Made by a program: the position numbers and the translations under genes. From contig NMRA01000505.1 of the NCBI GenBank assembly GCA_002633005.1, positions 93,615 to 157,097 of the forward strand: DNA of 63,483 bases, given 5' to 3'. Of this stretch, positions 25,801 through 38,610 are shown one piece after another. How positions within the stretch are numbered: position 1 is the stretch's first letter; each line of letters begins with the position of its first letter. The notes below the pieces were generated by a model. The model was not told the origin of the DNA, did no database searches, and was given only the letters and a program-made list of their open reading frames with translations. This DNA is from Phoronis australis. Its lineage: Eukaryota > Animalia > Phoronida.

Positions 25801-27545
25801 TGAACGTGTCATGAATGCTAATGATGTGGCACACAGCATTGGTATACATGTACAATGGTTCGTAATACAGTCTTGAAAAGAATTTGAATTTAATGCATTA
25901 ACTTTCTGTCTGAATTTCAGCTTTTAGCCGTGGAAATATTGGAAAGACACAAATCTTAAATTTTTATATGTATTTGCGAACATTATTACTGAAAAAATAT
26001 TTTAAGAAAATTATAAATGGTAGTCGCTCATATTTTATGTATTTGCGAACAACATTAAGTTTGACAATTCGATTACTTCTTTTTAAACATTTTCTCCGAT
26101 TGCCAAGGAGGAGTTGGAGGTCATGCATATAAAGTTTTACTAAAAATCCTTGAATTCAACGACTACAAAAAAGTTTTAACATTTGGTTCTCATTAGCTGC
26201 CGAATGACTTCAGCCAATTACACCTCAGTGAAGTGAACTTTTATCATAGAATTTTGTCTCTATATACCAAACTACACTGTGACTGGTATTCATATCACTC
26301 TCTCACGACTATTACCCGATTTTAGTTTTCCACATATACGACTTTGCGTAATTTGAGCATTTATTTGCGTTAAAGCATGTTTAAGTCTGGGACCCGTTCC
26401 AACAAAACTGACTTAGCCAAGTCAAATCTTAAATTTTAATGAATTTTAAAATTAAAGTGAAATTTGTCTCAAAACCAATCCAAGAAAGAGATCTTAAGTT
26501 TGACTTAAGTGTTTGACATCTGTTTTGTCTGAATTTTGACTAACTTACCGAATGTGGAAGTTTCAAAGTTTGGAGGTTAAGACAAATCTTAAACTTGAGT
26601 CAAAAATGAACTTAACTCAGTTTCTTGGAACAGGCCCCGGGTCATCGCGACACCTGTTGGTCACATCACGTGACCTACTGAACATCAGTCTGAAAAGATT
26701 TCTGCCCCGACCGCCGGACTCGAACCCGTGCAGATACTTTAGTCCACTGAGCCACCGGGACCCCTGGCGAACACAGAAGTCCGATCAGGCTCAGCAGGGG
26801 GCACCCAGTCCATAAACTCATGAGTGTAATCCTACGTGGAAATATAGACCACAAACATTTTAAAGACTTGACTGCACGCCACCTGTCGGCCACATCACGT
26901 GACCTAATGAACATCAATCTGAAAAAATTTCTGCCGACCGGGACTCGAACTCGGAACCTTCTGCCAACCGTGCAGACATTCTGGTCCACTGAGCCATTGG
27001 TTAGCAGAAGGCCCCGGGTTCGAGTCCAGGTGGGGGACATCTTTTCAGACGTATGTTCATAAGGTCACGCGATGAGGCCAACAGGTGGCGTGTAGACCAG
27101 ACTTTGGTGGTGATCTATATTTCCACGCCGGTTTAAGACTTACATATTTATTTATTTGTGTTTTCTCTTCTATTTTCTTACACACAACAAATAAATAAAA
27201 AATCTCAATTTACAAGCAACTAAGTATTGCCATCCTGAAACTGTGTTTGCAAAAAGCTAGTGCCTTCAGTAAACTCCATTGAGGTACTCGTCCATATATG
27301 TATTTAAAAAGATATATTTTGGTACCCAGGGTATATACGGTATAATTCTACTTCTGCCACTAGTACCAGCGAAGTTTGAGTTCAAAGCTTTTGATGTTTA
27401 GAGGTCAATCAGGAGGAGGGCTCAAGAACATTTTTAATCCTTAAAACGAATCTCTTCCACATTACAGAGTCGCACGTGCTCAGTAGAACGGAAGGCTGGA
27501 TACCAATCGAATGTGAAGAAAAAGCATCAGCATTGGAACTTTTAG
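13819..27545 (+). CDS. CA10: Carbonic anhydrase-related protein (CA10/CA11-like, secreted, predicted acatalytic), 9 exons, 325 aa
   Basis: Exons 13819-13879, 14852-14905, 16757-16893, 19646-19831, 20382-20477, 21822-21897, 22676-22830, 25325-25459, 27468-27545; all GT-AG, 978 nt, frame continuous. Hydrophobic N-terminus; WEKWWTY..SGP..WG..NPDW..C.KG..QSPVNL, LLFDPNL, GGPLSYKY, GSEHTIDG, YEGSLT.PGC.E.VTWII.NKP, NHRVLRTNINF. Zn ligands: His94->Thr (DVTFHFG), His119->Gln (AEIQL). Symbol denotes CA10/CA11-type similarity, not proven orthology. Confidence 0.93.
13962..14209. mobile_element. Second copy of the CAGGGCTTGGAAT-TIR MITE (CARP intron 1)
   Basis: Colinear similarity to 9098-9331 along its length; right TIR ATTCCAAGCCCTG intact; no clear TSD. 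Confidence 0.8.
22913..22990 (+). repeat. ~22-bp tandem repeat (AACAGCGCCCGYAAGAGCGGACC) x3-4
   Basis: Read directly. Confidence 0.8.
24870..25215 (+). mobile_element. Second decayed HIRAN-like cassette (CARP intron 7)
   Basis: TCGATTCGCGGTTTTTAT..GTGTACAAAGCAATCTGGATTCCTGTTGTGGGAGAA..AATCCCGTTGACCAGTACGCTGCGTCTGTT..AAGATCAGCAAA..CTAGAAATTCCGCGCACAATGATTTTTCAGGACTG is colinear with 1171-1480. Confidence 0.75.
26390..26637. mobile_element. PIF/Harbinger-like MITE
   Basis: Imperfect TIRs GGACCCGTTCCAACAAAACTGA / TCAGTTTCTTGGAACAGGCCC; 3-bp flanks CTG/CGG; AT-rich interior with internal repeats. Confidence 0.55.
26645..27128. mobile_element. Cluster of three tRNA-derived SINE-like copies (two on minus, one on plus) in the last CARP intron
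   Basis: Minus copies have A box TGGCTCAGTGG and B box GTTCGAGTCC; the plus copy (26999-27128) has GGTTCGAGTCC; all share the body TTTTCAGA..ATGTTCA..AGGTCACG.GATG.G.CCAACAGGTG.CG. No intact cloverleaf seen. Confidence 0.7.
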
Positions 27546-28889
27546 CAGAGAAGCCAACGTGATTGGTGGTTTTCAAACAATCTAAAGTAGTAATTAGATT
27601 TTTTCACCAATAGCTCTCTGTATTTTACTTCATGCAATTATTTCCGACTGGGCACACTTGAAAATCAATGTATTCACACAAGTGATCACCCAGTCTTTTA
27701 AAGAAGTTTAAATAAATAAATAGATATATAAACAGTGATCAGAATCGTCACTAATTCACCATGTTGTGACAAATTGTCGCACTCGACACATATTGTCACC
27801 GAGTGCGCCAATATATGCCGTCAACATCGACACCCGTTGTCGCCCGAGCGACACAACGTTTCGAGTACATAAGTTACAACAGCCACTATTTGTCAGACTC
27901 TTGTATCAGGGAAAAGTCAATAAATAAAACATGGTATTATACTAGTGCAAGGAGCTATGAGTGTTGTAACTGAACTGTGTCTCGGACAACTTGTTGTTCC
28001 GTCTTTGTAAACCATAGTACTGCACTATTACAAGGTTAGAGAAACCATAAATCCGCGCTTACTGGCAAAACATATTTTTACTTAAAGATACTATGTCTCT
28101 TTAAAACCGTGAATGTTTAAAGTGCCTTTTAATACTTCCTGGATAACTGTGTGTACGTGTATAATCAGAAAAAGAAACGATTTGTAAATAAATCGCGGTT
28201 TTAAAGAAAACAACACAACTGATACACTTAAAAACAAGTATAAACGTATAGAAAACCCTAGTAATTCCAAATATTACGCAATCGTTAATCAATAGTAAAA
28301 TGAATAAATAATAAAAACTGTGCCTGTTTTCATTAGGGTAACGACGACATATTGCCATACTCACTTTCATAAAAATAGTCTCGCAAAACGAGACTTTTGC
28401 GAGATTGTAATGTTAACTGGTTCTCGGATGGTTTCCGGCACACCGGAAGACCCGGGGTTGTTTGTAAGCTAGTACTTCATTTGAATATTCACAATTTAAT
28501 GAGACATAGCATCTTCAAGCCAACCACGGTTAGCAAAGTGGGCCTTGCCTTGCTCGGTAATAAGCTCAGAAATAATTTCTAGACTTTCAAAGAACTGATA
28601 CACTGTAGGTCATCATTGCTTCTGATGGGTTAGTTTCTTCGCCAAGGCAGTATAGCCGTCAAAGGAATATCTGGCAATTTATTGTTAACTAATTACGAAT
28701 AACATATTATACGACGATGTTCCATTGGAAGAACAAACACACAACTGAAGAAAGTTGATGTGGTTTATGGAGATTTTAATGTTCAAAGGCAGCTAGGCAT
28801 TTTGTCACATAACTGGTCAACCAACGACGTGACAGGAAATCTTTCGAGTTTGGAAGAATTCCATATCGTATAGTAAAGTAGGACCTATA

Positions 28890-29198
28890 CATGGGCGAAG
28901 TGGGCGAAAAGGTGCGCCAGCGGTGCGCAGTTCACAGTGGTGCGCAGTTCACAGCGGTGCGCAGTTCACAGCGGTGCGCAGTTCACAGCGGTTCGCAGTT
29001 CACAGCGGTGCGCAGTTCACACTGAGTGGTGCGCAGTTCACAGTGGTGCGCAGTTCACAGCGGTGCGCAGTTCACAGTGGTGCGCAGTTCACAGTGGTGC
29101 GCCCGGTTTTTTTTAGTCCGCCAACTGTTTTGTTACTAAAAGGTCCACAAAGTTAGAGGGATTCGAGCCCCCCATATCGAACGCTGGGTGCGCGCATG
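28890..29198. mobile_element. MITE of the CATGCGCGCACCCAG-TIR family, 5-bp TSD CTATA, with an internal 17-bp minisatellite
   Basis: CTATA at 28885-28889 and 29199-29203; right end CTGGGTGCGCGCATG; (CGGTGCGCAGTTCACAG) x~11 at ~28911-29102; body matches 53422-53546. Confidence 0.8.
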
Positions 29199-30605
29199 CT
29201 ATAACATGGACATATTTCAGAGTATGTCATGGCATGGGAATAGCGTTTACAAGCCTGCTACTGTACACCGAAACTAGTAGTCTAGGCAAGGGGCTTTAAC
29301 ATGCGCGGTCACTTAGGACATCAATGAAATTTTGGCGACAGCCAGGTACGCCTCAGCCAAGCAGGATTTACTATACTATTACTGCATTTGCAATATGTTG
29401 TTGCGGCGGTTTGAGCTTGGGTCATTTTTTCTACGGTTATCTGTCTTCAAGACAAAATTACGTAACCACTACTTTGATTCCAAACCTTTCATAATTTCTG
29501 AATAACATTCTAGCATTTGCCTGACATCTTAAGTAAAGCGTATAACCCACGGTTAAGAAGCTTTGCCGCATCGGTTTTATCAGCAGTGAAGGGAATGAGC
29601 GATGAAATCACGTCAGAGCAAATGCGACCTGTCACTAAACTTGCAAAAAATTGTCTTGGAATAACAATAATTCCCCTGGAACGTTTCCAGTCAGTTTAAG
29701 CGCGTTCACAAGGACGTCCCAGAAGCCTGGCTTGAGACACACATCAAAGTGTGCGCGACGCGTGAGTCATGTTATGGAAGGTTGTCCTCAGCCAAATGAT
29801 TCTCTTCAGGCCATATTGAGTAGATTGGTAGCAGCATCTGTTTTTGTGTCTCATGATATTTTTTGACAGAACTACGTGACTCGGATTTAAAAAGGCATGT
29901 AACGCGAAAGCTCAAAGATTCCTGACAATATTACCATCTTGCAACAGAGTTATTCACTTTCCAATGTGATGGAATTTTCAGAAAGAATCCCCAAAATCGG
30001 GTTTTTTGAAATACGTGCTCAGGAAAAACTTTGTAGTCACCACAAAGTTTCTAATCTCCCTCTCACTTATGATAAATTCGAGCATGCGCTCACGGTCATT
30101 TGACCCCCCCTCCCAACCTCGCCCCATTCGGTGCTATGCGCATCTAATCGTGCTTTGCACAAATGTTTTCACACAAAGTGTTGGGTCCCCCTTGTGATAT
30201 CCAAGATCCGCCCCTGAGTTTTGAGGCTTCAAAAACGAATTATGGATGTTTGTTTACACTTAAGACAAATTCACCCAACGTCAACTCAAACAACGTTTTA
30301 GTGAAGCCAAGTAAGGCTGATTGATAGCATGAGCCGACCAAACCAAGAGAGAACGTCAGCTACACTCAGCACGATGCTATTTATACTTCCACAACAGAAA
30401 ACTGGGCCAATTTGAGCAGTGCGGGAGACCAAAGAAACCTGAGCGGCTACGTGCACTAGTTGGGTATCAAAATTCGACATATTAGCTTAACGAAAAAGAC
30501 TTTTGTTGACTAGAAAATGGTTGTAACAAAGACTGGTGTACAGTATATGCCTGATGACGTAAAATTAGTCATTTAATTAGTGAGCTTCATTGTCTTTCAC
30601 CGATC

Positions 30606-33600
30606 TCATTGTTGACTACTCGCTTGAGTTGATGGTGCTGATCGTATGTCAGAGGAAATTCTGTCGTGTACACCTAATCTTGCTTCATGAATTTCATTTT
30701 CCAATCCAGCGATATCTTTTATAGTCGGTGATTTGTGTGCATGTTCTTTCTCTTTAGTACGTAAGTACCGCTGAACAAGGCGCGCCATCATCAGTTGGTA
30801 ATCTCCGTCTGTGTTCTCTTGTAACTCATCGTCTTCATCGCCCTCAATAAAACAGAATCTGTTCACGCTGAACCTAGCATCAGGGTCACCACGCACGCGG
30901 AAGGACATCCAACGCACAATTTTGACTATAACCTTTGGATTTGGTATTAAGTTGAACGGTGGTGGTAAAGTGCCTGAAATAGTGAGTTATGGACTGAAGC
31001 ACTGTGATATATGGCGTTCAAATACACCTTCCCATTCAGGTTTAATTTAAAACTAGTTTGGTTATGAGTCATTTGCTTTGCTTGATTAAACCATGGTGAG
31101 CCAAACCATTTTTAATAGTTTACGGAAGATCACCAGGCGTTGGTTTCCCAGGATGAAAGAACACACTTTTGTTACATAACGGTTTATTCGAGCAAAAACT
31201 ATAGGCCAGTATGGAGGTTAACGGGGCATAGGTCATACCCGAATACATGCATTTTTGAAGAAGGACGGAGTTTTAGTGGCAAATTGGAGCTTTTCATTTA
31301 TTGTGTTGGTGTTCTAGCAGGCCGCAAAAATGATTTCAATGCTTACTTACTGTCTGGGATATATTTAAGTTTAAAAATTATTCTCTAAACACGATCCAGT
31401 TGGTAATCAAAGGCCACACATTCAACGGCATAAAGTGTACCTCCTTTTTCGAAGAAACTCAACCACACACGTGTGCGGGCAAACTTCCACTCCATGTCGG
31501 CGTTGTTGGCAACAGAGTGAAAAGAATTCGACATCATGGCGATCAGCATGTTCACCAAAATTATGACGACAATCACGTGATACATGGCGAATAGGAAGTG
31601 GCCAACAGCTGCAGAAAAAAAGTGAAACTGCAGGTGAAGAACAAAATGAAGGCCAGTCATCCCAGCAGCGATTATTTACGCTTAGTTTACAAAATAGTCA
31701 GTAAAGAACAACTCGTCAGTTTAATCGACGTTTATATAGCCGCGTTTTTCGTCAAATTGCTTACCTTGAGTAAAGTCGTGCGAGTTCAGTACAGGATGAG
31801 TCACATTGCCGCCTATAGGCGACAACACTATGTTAACGCTCTCTATTGGTGCCATGCTGAAGACGGCCCAGAACAGCGTGTAAAGGGTGTGTGGGAAGGA
31901 TTCGAACTGGTCTTGTTGCGTCACCTTTATTCCATGTCGATTCACGAACATTTGATTCGTGTAATATTGATATAGTTTATGAAGTCCGATGGCAAATGAT
32001 AATATTACAATGGTGAAAATCGAGAGAAATGTGCCTATATCTTTGAACATGCGGCTAATTGAGATCTCCATCGGTCCGACATGGAATTGTATTTGCAGAG
32101 CGTAAAATAGGTGACCAAAAGCCAAGACACTAGCAATGGCATAGACTCCTTCGGCGACTAAAGACGGATCATAAGCATGCCAAAAACGACGCTCAAGTCT
32201 CAACTGTCCATGCTGGCGAACATCATAGTACGCCCAAATCCATAGACCAAAGGAAACAATATACATGAACAGCATAACTGTTTTGTATACACTCCATTTA
32301 CTTTTATAGTATTGGCGAACCCCGAAAATCCAGGACCTTTTCATTTCCATCCAGAGAAGTCCAATTACATATAACACAATTAACCATTCCAGGCCTGTGT
32401 GAGGAGGACCGCGCGTGTGGTCTTCAGCGTCTAGATAGTTCTGGACAAAAAGTAAAATGAGAAAGGCAACATAAGAAGACATCATTGACAAAAACTTGTT
32501 GATAGGGCTTGAAATTGACCTTGCATAGTTGGAGTATGGAAGACACAAGTAGATCACGGCCATTGCAGGAAGAAGGAACACTCGAGGAAACGCTTTCAGT
32601 GTCTTTTCAAAAACCGTCAGCGTCTTCCAGTCATTCCAGTCTCGCGACCAAGCAGTTCCTATGACCTGCTGAACATTAGGATGAGCCACAAAGTCTTTTT
32701 GTTCTAACTCTACAGCTAATGCCAGACGAGGAAACTCCAGTCGACGCAAATTTCCCACTGAACCTTCTTTTCGCCTTAAAAGAAGCTTCACTTCGTAAGT
32801 TGTTCTCGCTTCGCCAACGAGCTCAACAGCAAACTTTTTACATTGTTTACATAATAGAGTGTAGGGCTTACAAAGTTCTCTTTCAACTTGACTGAGCTCC
32901 TCAAACTCCCTGCTCAACTCGAACGCTGTTAATATGGGATCAGAAGATGATTGGCAAATGTAGGCGGGGCTGGCTAAAGCTTTATAAGCAGTTAATCTTT
33001 TCATTGATTCCCGCAAACTTTCACCAAGCCGATGTTCCCAACATTTTTCTTTACAATAGCAGGAAGGTGGGTGTGGTTTTTCAACGAAGTGACCCCTGTT
33101 TAATAATAGTCGTATGATTTCATAGTCCTGATTGATAGCTGCCAGCATGATTGGATTAAGGTCGGGACTGTAGTCTGGAGACTCCGTGTAACAACTAGCT
33201 CTCTCGTCTTTTCCTTGTTCGGTCAACTTGTTCAGCATTGCAGTCAAGATTCTACAGTCTGCTTTGTCAACCGCATGGAGCACAGAATCTCCAATAATTA
33301 TATTTGGCTGTTTCAGCAATATATGTACCATATCCAAGTTGCCGATGGATACAGCCTTAGTGAGTCCCGTTGCACCAGAATAGTTTTGGCAATTAATGCT
33401 AAATCGTTTCCGCGACGTCAAGAATGATTCAACGTTTTTGACGTCTTCATTCTTTATGAATTCAAAAAAAACTTTCCCCTCCTCCCTTAGTCTCGGTAAT
33501 AATATACTTGGTTGATAGGCAACTAAGTTGCATGTAACATTTTCTCCCATATGCCCCAGAAGAGGAAGAGTGATTTCTTCATCTTCCAACCGCAATAACT

Positions 33601-33628
33601 TCAGTTTCTTCTTTGTTCGCTTCTTCAT
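30606..33628 (-). CDS. TRPC-family (TRP/TRPL/TRP-gamma-like) cation channel, paralog B, 3 coding exons, 799 aa
   Basis: Exons 33628-31765, 31608-31441, 30973-30606 (GT-AG, both introns phase 1, 2400 nt). Ankyrin repeats, PH..C.C...C Zn motif, AYKALASPAYI..SSDPILTAFELS, FVAHPNVQQ, six hydrophobic segments, LFW pore helix, EWKFAR TRP box, GGTLPPPFN, YQLMMARLVQRYL rib helix. Confidence 0.95.
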
Positions 33629-34989
33629 ATTTCTTCAACAGTTACCACCATAAATTATCAAAGTTATGCAACAGCACGACAATAAACACTACGTTACCAT
33701 AGTTGTAACGGATTCCAGTGTTACTAAGCAACACCAATGGTAAACTTGCGTGGTGGTACAATGAACTTACGTCACGAAAACAATTTACTCAACAATAGCA
33801 AAGAAATAATCTCTATTAGAGTTAACTGTCGCTGAGGCTAAAGATGCATCAAAGTCCTTTCTTCTATAAACGTTTTACGGAAGGGGATACGATGACCTGT
33901 CACCTGTGGACACGACCAAAAATAATAGTCAACGGCTTGCTGTTTTCAGGACCTACATGTACACTTTTGAAAACTGTCAAGGGCTCCCCTCCGACATTGC
34001 AGATGTGCAGTTCGATAAGGAAACAACTAAATATCCAGTATCTTGACGTTCAAATCCTCGATCGTGGCCAGTGCTCAAACTCAAATTCAAAGAAATTTCA
34101 AACCAAAATATAAAACTTGCTCAGATCTAATTTCAAGTTTCAAATTCGGAACACGGCGCAATCGGAACTATGGCTAAGTATAGGCGCTCTCCCGCGATAC
34201 CCCAAGCGACCGGCAGTGGCGCTGGGCACAACGACTCCGTTTCCGTCGTCTGCTCCACTGTGCAATGAAGAAAATCACTTCTATCATTTTTTAAAGAAAA
34301 TGGAATCTGAGTGATGATGAAAAAACAAAAGCTGCTGGTAAGATGTCAATTTTAATCGAAGCCTTAGTGAATCACACAGAAACTTATAATTCTCTCTTTG
34401 TCAAACCTAACTTAAGACGATTTCCAAAGCAATCGTGTCATAATTATTGCCAACACAAAAAACGGATTTGGTCTTTTGGGCAATTGAAGACTATTTTAGA
34501 TACAACAAATTTTTTACGAACTGATATCACAAAATATAAAACATGTAATAAGCATTACAAAAGAAGTAGGTTTCGCGCGCAAACGCTGTGGACCATAAAC
34601 AAGTAGGTGTCTAAGACCGAGTTAGGGGTTAACTCGTGGTGGTGCAGTGGTAAAACGCGCCCTCTATCCGCCAGGTTTTGAGTTGAGTCTGTGGTATTAG
34701 CAGTTTTTCCTGTTTGTCACTTTCTCCTTTTTTCTTGGATAACACTTCGGAAATCAAGGAAAATGCTTGATTTTTAGAGGAAAAAACAAAAAAAAAATTG
34801 CCCCCCTCCCGACCTCCCCCCATTCGGTGCTATGTGCATCTACAATCGTGCTGTGAGCAAATGTTTACAGACAAAATGTTGCCCCCCTTTTGATATCCTA
34901 GATCCGCCACTGATACTGAGCACTTGAATTCCTACAAGATACGTGACACAGGCATGTCTCAGTCATTTATGATATTGCTTGGTGTGGCA

Positions 34990-37620
34990 AAAAAGATCAA
35001 CCCGGCCAAACCCGCAATCGAGAACGCTCGGAAGGCGATCGAGAACGAGAGCTTGCACCAAAAGAATGGCAGACTGCAGTGACGTACACGGTGAGTTTGA
35101 GTGCCTACTTTGGTACCAATGCGACACACCGAATAGCGTCAGAGGTAGCTTAGCATTTGTTGTAGATATGAAATAATTCTTGGCTTTTGCTAATTTTTGG
35201 AAATGAGGACCGTGTAAAGCAATGACTTTCGGTAAAATGCCTTGCGTCTCGTAAATTCGACAATTTCTACTTGTTATTAGCAATTCCTGGGTTCTGAAGA
35301 AGAGATTTATGACGTTTATAGTTTAATAGTCCCTGGTGACACCTTTGTTAGTTATGATTTGTGAAACAATTCGAGATATTTACCAATACAAGCAATTCTT
35401 TGTATGAGACGGCAATCAGGAACGAAGCTGTTAATTCTCTATGGCGATGGTGAACGCAAAAAAGCGATCGAGAACGCACATTTTTTCTGCATTCTCCTGA
35501 ATAATCGTTCAAGTTACGGACACTGAATTAGTTTACTGGTAGATCGTTCATTATACTTTCACCGTTTTTGGTGATTTCTGTGTGAGATTTAGCCTGACAA
35601 ATATAATTAAATGCGTTTGATTTTTTTTTTCAGTTGAACTTTAGCCACGCGACTTTCAGGGTGTTAACGTCCACGCTTTCAAAAAGAGTAGCACAACTGC
35701 TGCCTGTGACAAAGGACTGTGTACATGTATATGTTGTGGAGCTTCGTTCAGGAAGAAACCGACTTTGTATGACCACGTGGCAATAAAACACAGTGACATA
35801 ACAACAAGCAAGACCTTTACCAGCCCCGTGATCGACGTATTGCATGCTGCAAGAGTTCTTTGGTCGACATAAGAAAACGCAACATGAAGCATTGTGCTCA
35901 GGAACCAAGTCGATTCAGTGTCCTATCTGTGATCAATGTTTCACGGAAAGAGTGATCCTGACGCGACACATTGCATGAGGACACTCCTTTTAATGGTGAA
36001 TGTGGCATGTCATGCAAACAGTATGCTTCCTACAGGTATAAGAAGCAGAAACGTCATGAATGAAATCACGAAGTCCAGTGGTGAAGGTTGTTAAGTCACT
36101 ATATTTTATTCAGATTTACAGAGTTTATGGTTGTTAGTTGTCTGATGTAATAGTATTTTGACGTTTTGTTTTGAACCTTTTTCCTCAAGTTTCTTTCTAC
36201 ATTTGTGTTATTTCAACAATATCTTTAACAGAACCAGTGCATTTTTCTAGTGCTTAGGTAGATTTAAATGACCATACTAAGTGTCATTGGGCAATACTGA
36301 CATACAATTGTTGTGACAAATTAGTGTTTTAAAAGAAAATATATGTCTGCGATTATTGTAGAAATCGCTTTCATATTGTTGTTGATTTCCTGTGAGAGAA
36401 TTCCGAAATAGATTGTCTATGATTCAGTGATGATTTAGTCTGATACATTCTAAAAGTAATTCGCATGAAATGTTCAATGGATTTATAATGTTGACTTCCC
36501 TGAAGCAATCTTTTTGTATGACCAATTTTGAGAAATGTGTGATAAAAGATTAATAATATTATAGAAATGCTTTAATATTGGTGCTGATTTCCTGTGTAAT
36601 CACTACATTGTGCCTTGAAGTGACGGTAAAGACAACATTTTGACTACGTTTTGAGAAAATCCTAATACAGTAGGTGTATCATAACTCGTCTCACTCTTTT
36701 TCAATGTCACTTTAAACTGAAGATCATGAACTGATGATGCAGGTGAACTTAGGACGAAGACTACAAAACAGAAGAGGCAAACGAAACGTACAATACAGTG
36801 TATATCCAAGCCACACGGATGTCACAAGTCAATCTGTTCATCTCTGTATCGATGTTATCTGTAAACATCAATCAAAATGAAATCATTTGTAAAAATATCT
36901 AACTAAATTAGAATGCTTGATGTTCATGTATTGCTCATGGCGATTTAACGATAAATGCTGTGCTACTGTTTAGTTTTCATGCGAAAATAACACAGTAATG
37001 ACGCAAAATGGGGTTGATTCATTGCACAACATTTATTTTGTAACCTTTCACGTTTTATAAGTAAAGAGTGCATCATTGTTCGACACAACACTATACGTTC
37101 TCGATCGCATAAACAAAACAAAAATTCGCGTTCCCGATCGTTTACCATTGCGTTCTCGATCGCTTCTTTCAACAGAAAAGTTTCGAAAAATCAGATATGC
37201 TGACCAAACTACGAAAAACAGCGTTATATTTTCACACGGTATTTCTTCATAACTTCATGATTAAATTATTGGTATAGTGCCAAAAATAACAGCATTTCGC
37301 CAAAACGTCTTACAATTCAACTTGGGATCATGCGATGCTTCGGTTAACGTAACTTTCCTTCTATAATTGGAAGAGACACTAGCCTAAACCTCTACTTGCC
37401 CTTCCTCAATGCGTTACGCCTAGAACTCATGTCTCTGCTTTCACATTGAAAGGAAAAAAAACGAAAATTCATCAAATTTACTCACCTTGTATGGCTTCGC
37501 TTCTCGCGCCAAATATCATTCTCCATCACCTTCCGGGCGTTCTTGATCGTGGGTTGCATGGGTGAAGATAGGTAGTGAAACCGGGCGTGGCAAGCGTTCT
37601 TTTTCTATGACAAGCAGCGA
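34990..37620. repeat. Two diverged, inverted copies of an unclassified ~0.5-0.6 kb repeat between the TRPC genes (~34990-35490 plus; ~37090-37620 minus)
   Basis: Shared AACCC.C.ATC.AGAACGC.CGGAAGG.GAT.GAGAA.GA..GGTGAGT and repeated GCGATCGAGAACGC motifs in opposite orientation. Confidence 0.55.
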
Positions 37621-38510
37621 TGCACCTTAACTCTTTGCGGTGGTTTTAAACTGTTTGAAACTACTGTGGGTTTACACAGTGACCATGTACACATTTTATT
37701 AAGAGAATTCGGCCTCTTGTACCAATTTACTTTGAACTTTAAATTGTGCCTTTCTAATTGCTTGGACATTTCCTTCTTTTTTCGGGCTTCTCTGTAAGTT
37801 GTTGCAGGAACCGTGGTTTCACGCTATAAATATTTAAACCAAAAAGAAAACCTTTGATCGAAACATAGTTCGCAAAAAGACACACACACACGAAAAAAAG
37901 ATTGATAAAACTTTTGTAGCCATGATATTAACGTTTATCTAAAGTAATCCTGTTGGAATTACGCATTAGAGGTTGTATGCTCAGAGATAACTAGCATGCC
38001 TTAGCAACATGGCGGCCAATATGAAGTGGTTGATCAGCGAGGTGTGTGTGTGGGTTGAATTAAGAATTCTTTTCGGTGTTCCCGTTGTGGAAGAGAACAT
38101 CTTTCGTCACAAGTGCAGTATAATGTCTTTTGGTCTGCGGAACTCAACCCAGAAGTTTTGGCCAATTCACTCGGCTGAATCGGCGGAGTGAATCAGCTGC
38201 AGCCATTATTGACGAACGCGCCCCGGTTATGCTCGGAACGTATGAACAATTGAAAGAATTGTATTTTCATAACCTTGATCATAAAATTTAAGCTCATATT
38301 CTTCGTTTCAATAATAAAACAATTAGAAAACAGGCCAATTTTAATTGGAACGTTGCAAAAGCGTTTCTTTAGTGAAAATGAACGCATGTATTTTATTAAA
38401 TAAAATGAACAATCATTCAAAACTCAAAATGCATCATGTGAACCTACATCCTTGTACATATATTTAATTAAAATTTAACATAAACCTCGCTTTGCCTTAA
38501 GAGTGTAATC

Positions 38511-38610
38511 TTTGCTCTATTCCCCTTCCATGGCACTCGGCGGGCGTGATTCTTGATTCCTTTGCTCTATTCCCCTTCCATGGCACTCGGCGGGCGTGAT
38601 TCTTGATTCC
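38511..38610. repeat. Perfect 50-bp tandem duplication spanning the TRPC-A stop codon
   Basis: 38511-38560 is identical to 38561-38610. Confidence 0.95.

Noticed and set aside
26675-27062. tRNA genes or the 80-121 aa ORFs
   Set aside because: A/B boxes are present but no intact cloverleaf, and the copies share a long non-tRNA body; the ORFs are translations of the repeat.
31721-31764. ORF-track C-termini of the 635-aa TRPC ORFs (also 42368-42405) as real protein ends
   Set aside because: Both run past a conserved G|GTAA donor after HDFTQ; spliced S6 and TRP-box exons exist downstream.
31400-33427. Plus-strand ORFs overlapping the TRPC exons (also 42530-42838)
   Set aside because: Antisense shadows of real coding sequence with no independent support.
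30100-34912. Direct MITE copies flanking TRPC-B (30100-30216 and 34800-34912) as the cause of the TRPC duplication
   Set aside because: The MITE copies still align while the paralogs' introns do not, so the duplication is probably much older than these insertions.
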